A stretch of 64,000 bases of DNA. Origin: Rhizophagus irregularis. Its lineage: Eukaryota. The notes below the pieces were generated by a model. It was not told the DNA's origin. It made no database searches and saw only the letters and a list, made by a program, of their open reading frames with translations. This document shows positions 54,128 to 64,000 of this stretch, one piece after another (within the stretch, counting starts at the first letter, position 1; each line of letters opens with the position of its first letter). Both the position numbers and the translations under genes were made by a program. Where the stretch lies: positions 5,022,001 to 5,086,000 of the forward strand of contig NC_089433.1 of NCBI RefSeq assembly GCF_026210795.1. The letters run 5' to 3'.

Positions 54128-55799
54128 TTTATTTATCTATTCCTAGGAGATTTTGCAGTGAAAATTAACTATTGATTATACTATAATAAACAGATTTGAA
54201 AATTTGAGTAATTCAGAAAAATTTGCATTTTCCAAATTAGGAAAACTTTTAATTTATTCATAATTTTAATATTATTTTACAATTGTAATAGCAGGAGATA
54301 TAATTTGGCCTATTGATCATATACGTAATACGTATTACCAATTTAAATATAGGATTTCCAATTTTAATATTGCAACATGTGATATATTACAGTTATTAAC
54401 AAAGAATTTTTTTATTTTTTCAGCTGATTATTTTTTTTGTCTTTTCATTTACAAAAACCTAATAAAATAGAAGTAAAATTTTATTTTTTTTCCTTAAATA
54501 TAAACACAAACACATTTAAATTAAATAACTCAGAATTTAAATATAAACAAATATTATAGTTTGTTTCACAGGTCAAAAAGTGTCAAATCAGTCACCAATC
54601 AGTCACCAATCGGGTGCCTGATTGATGCCTGATTGATGCCTGATTTCCGCCAAAATCTGACACCAATCAGTCACCTATCAGGCTGCCTGATTGTTGACAG
54701 ATAGGTGACAGATTTATGACAGATTGGTAACCGATTGGTAACAGATTGGTAACAGATTGGTGACAGATTGATGACAGATTGGTGACAGATTGGTGACCGA
54801 TTGGTGACAAATGATAGTTAATTTTATGGTCAATCGATGGTCAATTTATAGTCAATCAATGGTAAATTAATGGTCAATTTATAGTTAATTTATGGTTAAT
54901 TTATGGTTAATTTATGGTCAATTTATGGTCAATTTTATGGTCAATTTTATGGTCAATTTATGGTCAATTTATAGGTCAATTTATGGTCAAATAACCAATT
55001 GGTAAAATTTTCTAGTAGTAATCATATAACCAATAATAAAATTTATTACAGCACATAATAATATTTATTAAAATTATAAACTCTACAAATAATAAAATAC
55101 ATAGTGTCTTTATTTATTTATATTAATAAGTAGTGTAAATAAACATAAATAATTAATATTTAAAATAAAAACCATTCATAATCTTTTTTAAAAACAGATG
55201 TTAGTATATAACTGATAAAGTTAGTAATATTTAATAAATAGTAAAGAGTAAATATAAAAAGTTAGTAACCGTAGTAAAGTACAAATAAATAATAAATACA
55301 GTTAGTATTATGAAGAGTTTGATAAAATATATAAAAAAAAAGAAAAATACATGATGATGTTAGTAAAAATAAAGAAATATAACATTACATTAGTAATATT
55401 AAAAAGTGATAAAGTTAATATTATAAAATAAAATATAGTCAGTACAATAAATTTAATGACAAAAATACAATAATTAATATACCTGTAAAATGTAAAGAGA
55501 ATAAGAAAAAAACAAAACAGAAAAGAAAGAGCGTGTATATTTTTTGAAAAATAAACAAACTCGAGTTTGGTAATTTATATGCATGTTAAGATCAGGTCAC
55601 GTGCATAAAGATCAGACCGAATTTTAATTGGTTAATAATAGATAAATATCACATCTCCAGAAAAAATTTCAATTTTTACCATCTCTCACTTTTAAATTTG
55701 TATTAAAATTTACCTTAGACTTTCGGAGACCTAAATTTTTTTAAAATTGTTTAATTTATTTAATGTAAATTTAATAAAAAGTATATTGTTTTTTAATTA

Positions 55800-56770
55800 A
55801 TGGTATGAATTCTAAAAAATTCTCTATTAAAAATATCTCATACAAATTCTTAGAAAATTTCAAAAAAAAATTCTCTATTTCCTATACGAATCTTAGAAAA
55901 TCTCAAAAAAAAAAAATTTCCATCAAAAACACCCTAAAAAATTTTACAAAAAAGAAATCTCTATCAATCAAAGATATCCCATATGAACCCTTCCTATACG
56001 AACTCTTAGAAAATCTCTTAAAAAATTTTCTATCAAGGAATCTCATACGAATTCTTCCTATACAAACTCTTAGAAAATCTTTATCAAAATATTCCATATG
56101 AACTCTTCCCATACAAACACGTAGAAATCTCAAAAAAAAAAAACTCTATTTATCAAAAATATCCTATACGAATCTTAGGAAATTTCTCAAAAAAAATTTT
56201 CTATCAGATATCCCATACGAATCCTTCCCATATGAACTCTTAGAAAATCTCAAAAAAATTTTCTATCAGATATCCCATACGAACCCTTCCCATACGAACT
56301 CTTAGAAAATCTCTTAAAAAATTTTCTATCAAAGAATCTCATATGAATTCTTCCTATACAACTCTTAGAAAATCTTTATCAAAATATTCCATATGAACTC
56401 TTCCCATACAAACACGTAGAAATCTCAAAAAAAAAAATCTCTATTTATCAAAAATATCCTATACGAATCTTGGGAAATTTCTCAAAAAATTTTCTATTAG
56501 ATATCCCATATGAACCCTTCCCATACAAACTCTTAGAAAATCTCTTAAAAAATTTTCTATCAAAGAATCTCATACAAATTCTTCCTATACAAACTCTTAG
56601 AAAATCTTTCAAAATATTCCATACGAACTCTTCCCATACAAATGCGTAGAAATCAAAAAAAAAAAAAAAAAAAAAAAAAAATCTCTATTTATCAAAAATA
56701 TCCTATACAAATCTTAGGAAATTTCTGAAAAAAAATTTTCTATCAGATATCTCATACGAACCCTTTCCAT
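55800..56770. repeat. Minisatellite with higher-order structure (CCCATACGAAC..CTTAGAAAATCTC..CTATCA)
   Basis: 45-60 bp subunits in larger repeating blocks, e.g. CGTAGAAATC near 56120, 56415, 56645. Confidence 0.85.
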
Positions 56771-57369
56771 AGCAACACTACAAAAAAGAAAAAAAATATA
56801 TTTAAAAAAAAAAGAAAAACCTTCTCCCTCGCTCAGCCCTCCCTTACCTCAATTCTCAAAGTCTGGCAATTTTTTTCGTCCATAAAAAAGAATTTTTTTT
56901 TTTCAAATCGGATAATGATCTAGATTACGGATCACATCTCACTCAATTCAGAGTGACACAAATTGCAGGAAAAGAAGTTGATCAGCAATATTGTTAACCA
57001 ATTGCTACCCGATTGCTGACTATTTGACTTATCAATTTACCGATTACGAACAGGTTTTCGGACGAATAATACGATCCGGAAATAATTTTTTTTCTCAATA
57101 TTTACAATTAAAAAATTTGTAAATCGGAATGCTGTTTATCTTTATTAAATGAATGTTTTTTTAAGCCAATCAGTCACTAATTGGCTATTCATTTGGTAGC
57201 CAATTTTCATATTAAAGAATAAATAAAAATCCTAAATTCTTGAAAACTATCAGATATTGCAAACCAATCAGTAACCAATCAGTCACCAATCGGTTATGTC
57301 AGATTGGTAACCGATTGGTGACTGATTGTCAATAGTAAATTTAATATATTTATCAAAACAAACTCAAAA

Positions 57370-58036
57370 TAGAGATGCGATCCAGATGAAATTTTACAAT
57401 CCGTGATATCATAGGATTAAATTTGGATAATCCAGATTAACTTCAAATTTTGGGTATCTCGGCATCCAACGATCGTACAGGGATACACTATAGCTCATTC
57501 GAATCGTTGCATTGAGACGATTCGAATGAGCTATAGTACATCTCTGTACGATCACTGGATGCCGAGTTAATTGGCAAAACGTGAAACATCAGCATTTTTA
57601 TTTTACGATCATGCAAAATTTTACGTTTTGCCGAATATCTCGGCATCTAGTGATCGTACAGAGATGCACAATAGCTCATTCGAATCGTCTAAGTTCAACG
57701 ATTCGAATGAGCTATTGTGCATCCCTGTACGATCGTTAGATGCCGAGATATTCGGCAAACCGTCAAAAATTGGTAGTATCGTAAATAAAAAATGCTGATT
57801 TTTGACGGTTTGCCGAATATCTGTGCATCCAGTGATCGTACAGAGATGCACAATAGCTCATTCAAATCGTCTCATTACGACGATTCGAATGAGCAATTGT
57901 GCATCTCTGTACAATTGTTGGATGCTGTTTCGGATTAAAACGGATATCCTTAATCCATCCGGATGCATCCATTATCCGTTCGGATCGGATGGATAGGCGG
58001 ATGATCTGAATTTTCGGATTTCAGATCGCATCTCTA
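57370..58036. mobile_element. hAT-type MITE (TAGAGATG termini) containing three long palindromes
   Basis: TIR TAGAGATGCGATC / GATCGCATCTCTA; perfect 8-bp TSD ACTCAAAA at 57362-57369 and 58037-58044. Confidence 0.92.
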
Positions 58037-58800
58037 ACTCAAAAGCTCAGATTAAGCATAACTTGACTTGCTTTATAAAGCTATAATACTAATTTTTTGA
58101 CTTTAATATAAAAATCAGATATTGTAAACCAATCAGTAACCAATCAGTCACCAATCGGTTATGTCAGATTGGTGACCGATTGGTGACTGATTGTCAATAA
58201 TAAACTTAATATATTTATCAAAATAAACTCAAAAGTTCAGATTAAGTATAATTTAACTTGCTTTATAAGACTATAATGCTAATTTTTTAACTTTAATATG
58301 TAAATCAAATATTGTAAACAAATCGGCAATCAATTAGTCACCAATCGGTCATATGACTGATTGGTGACTGATTGACAATCTATGCCTGGTTGGTGACCGA
58401 TAGGTAACAGATTGAAAGAATCGGTCACTAATAGGTAACCAATCAGTCACCAATCAGTCATATGACCGATTGATGACTGATTTTTCATATTTCGACCTGT
58501 GTTTACACATATTTCAAATTATGGTTTGAGCATTTTGGCCAAAGTAAATCTTGCTCTTTAATTGAAAGTAGTTCAGCAAGTTTGAAGCTGTTAAAATATT
58601 AATCTACATGAAAGCACAATTAATATTTTTGGAGTTATTTACATTTTTACATGATAGTACTAAGTTACAATTTTTTTTTATTTTCAGAGCGTATTTTGGG
58701 CAGTTTAGTCAAAGTAAATTGACTTCTTATACTAATTGAAAGTTTTTCAGTGGGTCATAATCTGCTTGGATATTAATTTTTATAAAGGTACAGTTAATAC

Positions 58801-59066
58801 TAGGGATAGCAATGGTTATAATCATAACTGTTTAACCGACTGTTTAACCACATTTAACTGACCATTTGACTGACCATTTAAACATTTGACTGACCATTTT
58901 TAACCGTTTAACTGACCATTTGACTAATTATTTAAGTAAAATGGTATAACCGACCATTTAACCGACCGTTTAACCAATTTTTTAACCGACCATAACCAAC
59001 TGTTTAAATTTCTATAACTGATTATAACTGACTATAACCGACCATAACCGACCGTTGCCATCCCTA
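58801..59066. mobile_element. hAT-type MITE related to 7602-8084, inserted in a 185-bp repeat unit
   Basis: TAGGGATAGCAATGGT / ACCGTTGCCATCCCTA; 8-bp TSD GTTAATAC on both sides. Confidence 0.9.
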
Positions 59067-59570
59067 GTTAATACTTGAAGGGTTATTCACATTTTTCACA
59101 ACAGTACTCATTCATGAATTTTATTTTTTCTGTTTTATCACTTCAGAATAATGTATTTTGAACATTTTGGTCAAAGGAAATTGACTTCTTTTATTAATTG
59201 AAAGTTGTTCAGCAGTCAAAATCCAATTTTCATGAAAATGCAGTGGAGTAATTTATATTTTTATGATCATACTATACTGAATTGCAAATAAATTTACATT
59301 CTTTAATGAATTAATGTATTTTTAAAATTTAAATTTTTATTTAATATTACTTAATAAAGCATTATTATTTAAAATTAAATTTAATATTACAATATAAATT
59401 TTTCTTTATTTTTCACCATACAAAAAAAATTGTATATAGATTATAGAATCTACATTTTTATATTGGTAATACACTAACGATCTATGAAATCGGCTGTAAA
59501 AGTCACAAATTGGACAGATGTAGCCAAAAATTGGCTATCCGACTTTTTGCCAATTTTTACTTATTCTGAT

Positions 59571-60246
59571 TAGAGCTCTGAATGGGTCAGGTCAGGTCAG
59601 ATTAATTGATAAACCTAACCTGAAATTTTAGGTCAGGTCAAGTTATATCAGGTTGTCTGTTTGACCTGACCTGACCTGAAACCTGAAAAATTTCAGGACT
59701 ATTTTTATTAAAGTATTGAAAAAAAACAGTACAAAACTTTTTTTTTTTAATATAATATTATGAAAAAAAACGTTTTTGCAACGTTTTTTATTAAAATATT
59801 GAAAAAAAATATTGCAAAACGTTTTTTTTAATATAACATTATGAAAAAAATGTTTTCACAACGTTATTATTGAAATATCAAAAAAAAAACATTACAAAAC
59901 ATTTTTTTAATATAATATTATGAAAAAACGGTTTTGCAACATTTTTCTCGAAATATTGTGATTCAAAATTTTTATATTAAAATCATATAAATAAGTGAAT
60001 CCCAATACTGCAATTCACTTTTTTATATTGATTTTGTATAAAAAAAGTGAGTTGCGGTATTGCGATTCACTTTTTTATATAGATTCTATATAAAAAAGTG
60101 AATCGCAATACTGCAACTCACTTTTATTATATAGTAGAATCAATAGTTTCAGGTCAACAGGTCAATCAGGTCAGGTCAATCTTGATACCTGATTTGAATT
60201 TTTTTAAAAAATCTCATACCTGACCTGAATTTCAGGTCAGGTCAGG
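59571..60246. mobile_element. hAT-type MITE (TAGAGCTC start) with right terminus deleted
   Basis: Absent from left arm; GGTCA/TGACC subterminal repeats at both ends; about 25 bp of flanking arm sequence missing. Confidence 0.75.
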
Positions 60247-60314
60247 TAAGTACATAAATGATTACATAATTAACATACTTATTCTGATAATAGGCAGTAT
60301 ATATAAAGTAAATT

Positions 60315-60534
60315 GGGTGTTACGATAACATGTAGTGTATGGATACCTATATATGTAGGGTATGCAAAATTTTACACGCGTTCCATACAGATTTACATTG
60401 TTTATTACCAAATAAGGAAAGGCCTAGACTGTTCTATTCTGTATCACGTATGGTCACGTGATACTTTTATATGTGATGTTTAACCATACCCTACATACAT
60501 AGCCAACCATACACTACATGTTTACTATGCTCTC
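60315..60534. mobile_element. Small foldback MITE with ~50-bp imperfect TIRs
   Basis: AACATGTAGTGTATGG..ATGTAGGGTATG versus CATACCCTACAT..CCATACACTACATGTT; replaces about 65 bp present in the left arm; no TSD seen. Confidence 0.7.
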
Positions 60535-61233
60535 AACATTATAAATTAATGAAATACATTAGTATTAAAAAACAGATGCTTAAATATTGGAATGTATTGT
60601 GTCTTTTAATTATATGAAATTTAATTAGATACTTTAAAATGTGAAATATTAAAAAATATGGAGATTTTATTTTTTTATAAGCATACAGTATGAATATACA
60701 GTATAAAAAAAAAGATATATCATTTTATTGTTTCAAAATATAAATGGATTAATGGAGTTTTTTTCTTTATATAAATCATGTTAAAAACACATCACAAAAT
60801 ATCTTTTACAAAATAAATATAATTTCGTCTATATTATGTTTCTATATTTTCATATCAATTTTTATTATTTTTTTTTTGCCACTATTTTATTAATAGAAAA
60901 TTTGAAAACAAATTTTATAGTAATAAAAAAATTATTAAAAACGCTAAATAAATAAAAGAATTACAATGATGGAAAAAAAATTGGCTTTGACTGAAAAAAA
61001 AATAATATTCATTTAAAAAAAATTTGTAATTACAAAAACTGAAAATAACTGGATAGCTGCATCATTCATTCCAAAAGGATGGGAATAGAAAAATTATTAT
61101 TAATACAAACTAAGTTTTTTTGTAAAAAAAGTGATTAAAATTTCATTAACCAGAAAATTATATTAGCAATAAAGAATTGTGTATAATATGACCCGACTGC
61201 CAATCAAATAACATGGACAGATTATGTTACATA

Positions 61234-61466
61234 CAGATGGTGGCCTAAATGATCTGGCCACTTTTCAAAATTAAAAAATTTTTATATGTTTTATAAAATG
61301 AAAATAAAAATTTAACATGTTCATTACACCTTCCTTTATTGAATTTTACAAAAATTTAATAATTAATTCTATTTCCATTCGTGAAAATAACAGCATTGAC
61401 CCTCTGAGGCATACTATCAATTAATTTTTGACAATATTCAGGAGGGAGATCATCCCATGCAACCTT
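61234..61466 (-). mobile_element. Mirror copy of the Tc1 3' fragment
   Basis: TA|CAGATGGTGGCCTAAATGATCTGGCCAC; reverse complement of 38699-38931. Confidence 0.8.
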
Positions 61467-61789
61467 GACGTATACTTAACATTATCATCATATCTAATAT
61501 TTTATTAAAATCAATACAAACTATTATATTTATATTTATCTTTATATTATTACCACTTAACATGTTACAGGATTAATTCATTTTGATCATTAAATATAAT
61601 ATTTCTTTAATAAAACTAATAAACTCAAAATAAACCATAAAATTTATTATTTGATAAATATACAAAATACAAATCAACTTTTTAATATAAACCTTATTAT
61701 ATTACTTAAAATATATATAAATAATTACTGAATAATGCAATAATTATATTATAACTCACTAACAATACCAAATTACCCTAGTTTAAATA

Positions 61790-61972
61790 GAAATAAAAAT
61801 TTAAATTTAATAAAAAAGTTTTCGCAAACTTTTTTTTAACCAAAAAACTTGTGAAAGTGGTCAGTGGTTAGATCAGTCAAATGGTCGGTCAAACGGTCAG
61901 TCGGTCGGTCAAAAGTTCTTGACCAGTTATGACCGACTGATGACTGATCATGACCGACTGTTATCATCCCTA
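61790..61972. mobile_element. Right half of a TAGGGATG-family hAT MITE
   Basis: Ends CATGACCGACTGTTATCATCCCTA, homologous to ~7990-8084; left half not found. Confidence 0.78.
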
Positions 61973-63528
61973 ATATCATATGGCACAAATGTTTCTCTCA
62001 TCTATCAAAAAATTTAAAATACTATATAATTCTTAATAATATTATTATCCATACCAATACCGCATTATAATAAAATAACATCGATTTTCTTTATTATACT
62101 CAGTATTATGTGTTTCTACAATTGTATATAAAGAATAAATGTGGAATGTAATCAACTAATGTAATTGGAAAATTTTGAAACCACTATAGTGATTCTTTAG
62201 CCTTCTATAAAATAAATATAAAATAAAATGTTAGTATCATTTCATTAATAAAAAAATGGCTAAATAAATTAAGTTTCTAAAATCAAAATTTACCATCCAA
62301 TCCACCCAAAAACCAGAAATCCATTTCCTATAAAAATGAGCGGAAAAGTTTAATATTATTTAAAAAAATTTAATTTTGAAATAATTTAATTCAAAATTTT
62401 GAACTCACCATCTGATCTATTTGTAAATTGAAAATCCATCCTATAAAAAAAAAGAAAAAAATGTTAATCAACAATTTTTTATCATTTTTGAATTTATTTT
62501 TCAAAAAGTTTACCTTCACCTACTAATTTCACACAACCCGAACAACATAAAGACCAGTTATCATACTGGGAATTCTGATAATTAAGTCAAAGGAAAATAC
62601 AAAATAAAAAAGGACACTACTGTAATTAAACATCTTTCACAGGAGTTCTAAAGACAGGCGTCCTATAAAAGAAAAGAAATAAAAAAAGAGCATGGTTAAA
62701 AATCCATTTATTGGTTTAATTTCACGTTGTAACCCTAAATATCGAGATAATCACGTGATCGGAAGAATAATTATCCAAAGGATAAATAATATACCGAATG
62801 GAACAGGGATAAATATTCAACCAATAGAAGAATATTTAACTGAAATAATTAGAAAATACATTATTATAGTTGTACAATAGTTAGCTATTTATAGCAATAC
62901 TTATTTATAGTTCAGTTATTTATAATTATTTATATTATTAGATTAGTTATTATTAGTTTAGTATGAATAGATTATTATTACGCTAATGAAATAATATAAT
63001 ATTAGGAGGACTTTGACAATTAATCTATGGAATGGAAGAACTTTGACAATTTAATCTATGAAATGGACAAATTACGGATAATACCAAATTATGATGGGAA
63101 CAGTTTGGATAAAATCATGGAAAATGATAAATTGTAATGGAATTGCAATGGGAAATGTTGAGTTTTAGATGGATAATCGAGAGATAATCAATTTATTAGT
63201 GTAACTTGAAAAGATATTTAAGATCGCAGTTTTGGAGTTAATTGAAAGAATGAAGTTTCGACTTGGAATTGGGAATAATATTGGGAATTTAGGAAAATAT
63301 AATGATAATTAATAATTGTATTAGTTGTTAATATAGAGTTACTAATATGGCTTCATATTAGAAAACGTTTAATAATTGATAAAATTAATATTTAAAATAA
63401 AAATTAATAAAACAAAATAATGAAGTTATGAAAGCATTAAAAGAAATTAACGCAGTTTGAAATTTGACTAAATTAAATGATAAAATCTAAACCAAGTAAG
63501 GATATATATAATTATAAATGTTAGGATT

Positions 63529-64000
63529 TCATCTATCGGTATGTGGCAGGTGCTGGTGACAACGTATTTTTCTGCTATTTATACCCAACTCATTTGATAG
63601 GATTCTAGAAGCGTTTATCTTTAATAGAGGTGTAATGTGATGAGTTTCACAATATGAAGTATATACCCTATAAAATTCTTGAACAGGTAGGTCATTTATA
63701 TGATTTTTTACTACAAGGTAAATGTCTTTTATGAATTGAAATAGGGGTGGAAGAGTCGAGATGATGTGATCCTGCTTAGATGCAGTCATAGGTAATGGAT
63801 TCCCATTGAAGTCTGGGTAAGCGTCTGCAATGGCTCTCAAGTAAGCATAGAATGCTTCACTGGCGCTTGGGTATTTCATAGCATCAAGTTTCTTAAAGTA
63901 GTTGAGGTCTCCCTTGCGGGATGGTGATACATCCAAGAATACTGTGCACCTATCGTCATTCTCCACTCTGAGAGCATTTTTATTGGTGAGTACAATGGTA
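63529..64000 (-). pseudogene. C-terminal part of a viral/Polinton-type primase-associated helicase (DUF5906/D5-like), decayed, runs off window end
   Basis: TIVLTNKNALRVENDDRCTVFLDVS..YFKKL..AFYAYL..PMTASK..FQFIKD resembles the sensor and arginine-finger region of SF3-like helicases; GC higher than flanks. Confidence 0.65.

Larger units (their letters stand above)
54567..58501. mobile_element. Non-autonomous CMC (CACTA-like) element, 3935 bp including a nested MITE
   Basis: TIR CACAGGTCAAAAAGTG / CATATTTCGACCTGTG; TTT TSD confirmed against the empty site near 41480; 11-bp GTCACCAATC subterminal repeats at both ends. Confidence 0.88.
51377..61781 (+). mobile_element. Right arm of giant inverted duplication: second Helitron-like copy, split by nested insertions
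   Basis: Begins TCTCAAATTAATCTAATATAAC, ends TTACCCTAG|T; native pieces about 51377-51837, 54128-54566, 58502-58800, 59067-59570, 60247-60314, 60535-61781. Confidence 0.7.

Noticed and set aside
55805..56133. K/S-rich and antisense ORFs
   Set aside because: Minisatellite translations
57571..57996. Short ORFs on both strands (MHNSSFES..)
   Set aside because: By-products of palindromes in a MITE
38373..61790. Single giant hAT element with TAGGG termini
   Set aside because: Flanks TATAAAAC and GTTTAAAT give no 8-bp TSD, and no hAT transposase is present
2008..62758. Recurrent TCACGTGA E-box motifs (e.g. 2009, 2323, 11941, 20761, 60454, 62751)
   Set aside because: Plausible bHLH sites, but several lie in TEs and function cannot be supported from sequence

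Overview
Very AT-rich, intron-containing eukaryotic DNA. The gene families (expanded TKL-type kinases, F-box/LRR paralogues, Crinkler-like nuclease) point to an arbuscular mycorrhizal fungus (Glomeromycota, Rhizophagus-like); this is inference, not a database result. Bases 1-37000 hold host genes and pseudogenes (three kinases, two membrane proteins, a double Zn2Cys6 factor, a P-loop ATPase, a PD-(D/E)XK nuclease, F-box/LRR copies) with scattered MITEs. Two unrelated-looking GT-AG introns (23779-24110, 31107-31335) share a structured RNA element with compensatory base changes that I cannot assign to a known family. Bases 38380-61781 form a 23-kb inverted duplication: two head-to-head copies of a ~3-4 kb non-coding element with Helitron-like TC...CTAG ends around a 4.6-kb spacer (F-box pseudogene plus Polinton/Maverick-type integrase and Zn-ribbon remnants). 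Each arm is the empty-site control for the other. This defines an apparently intact Sola3-like transposon (TTAA TSD) in the left arm, and two CACAG-ended elements (TTT TSD), several MITEs and a 70-bp micro-inversion in the right arm. A primase-helicase remnant lies at the window end. No rRNA, tRNA or CRISPR array was recognised.
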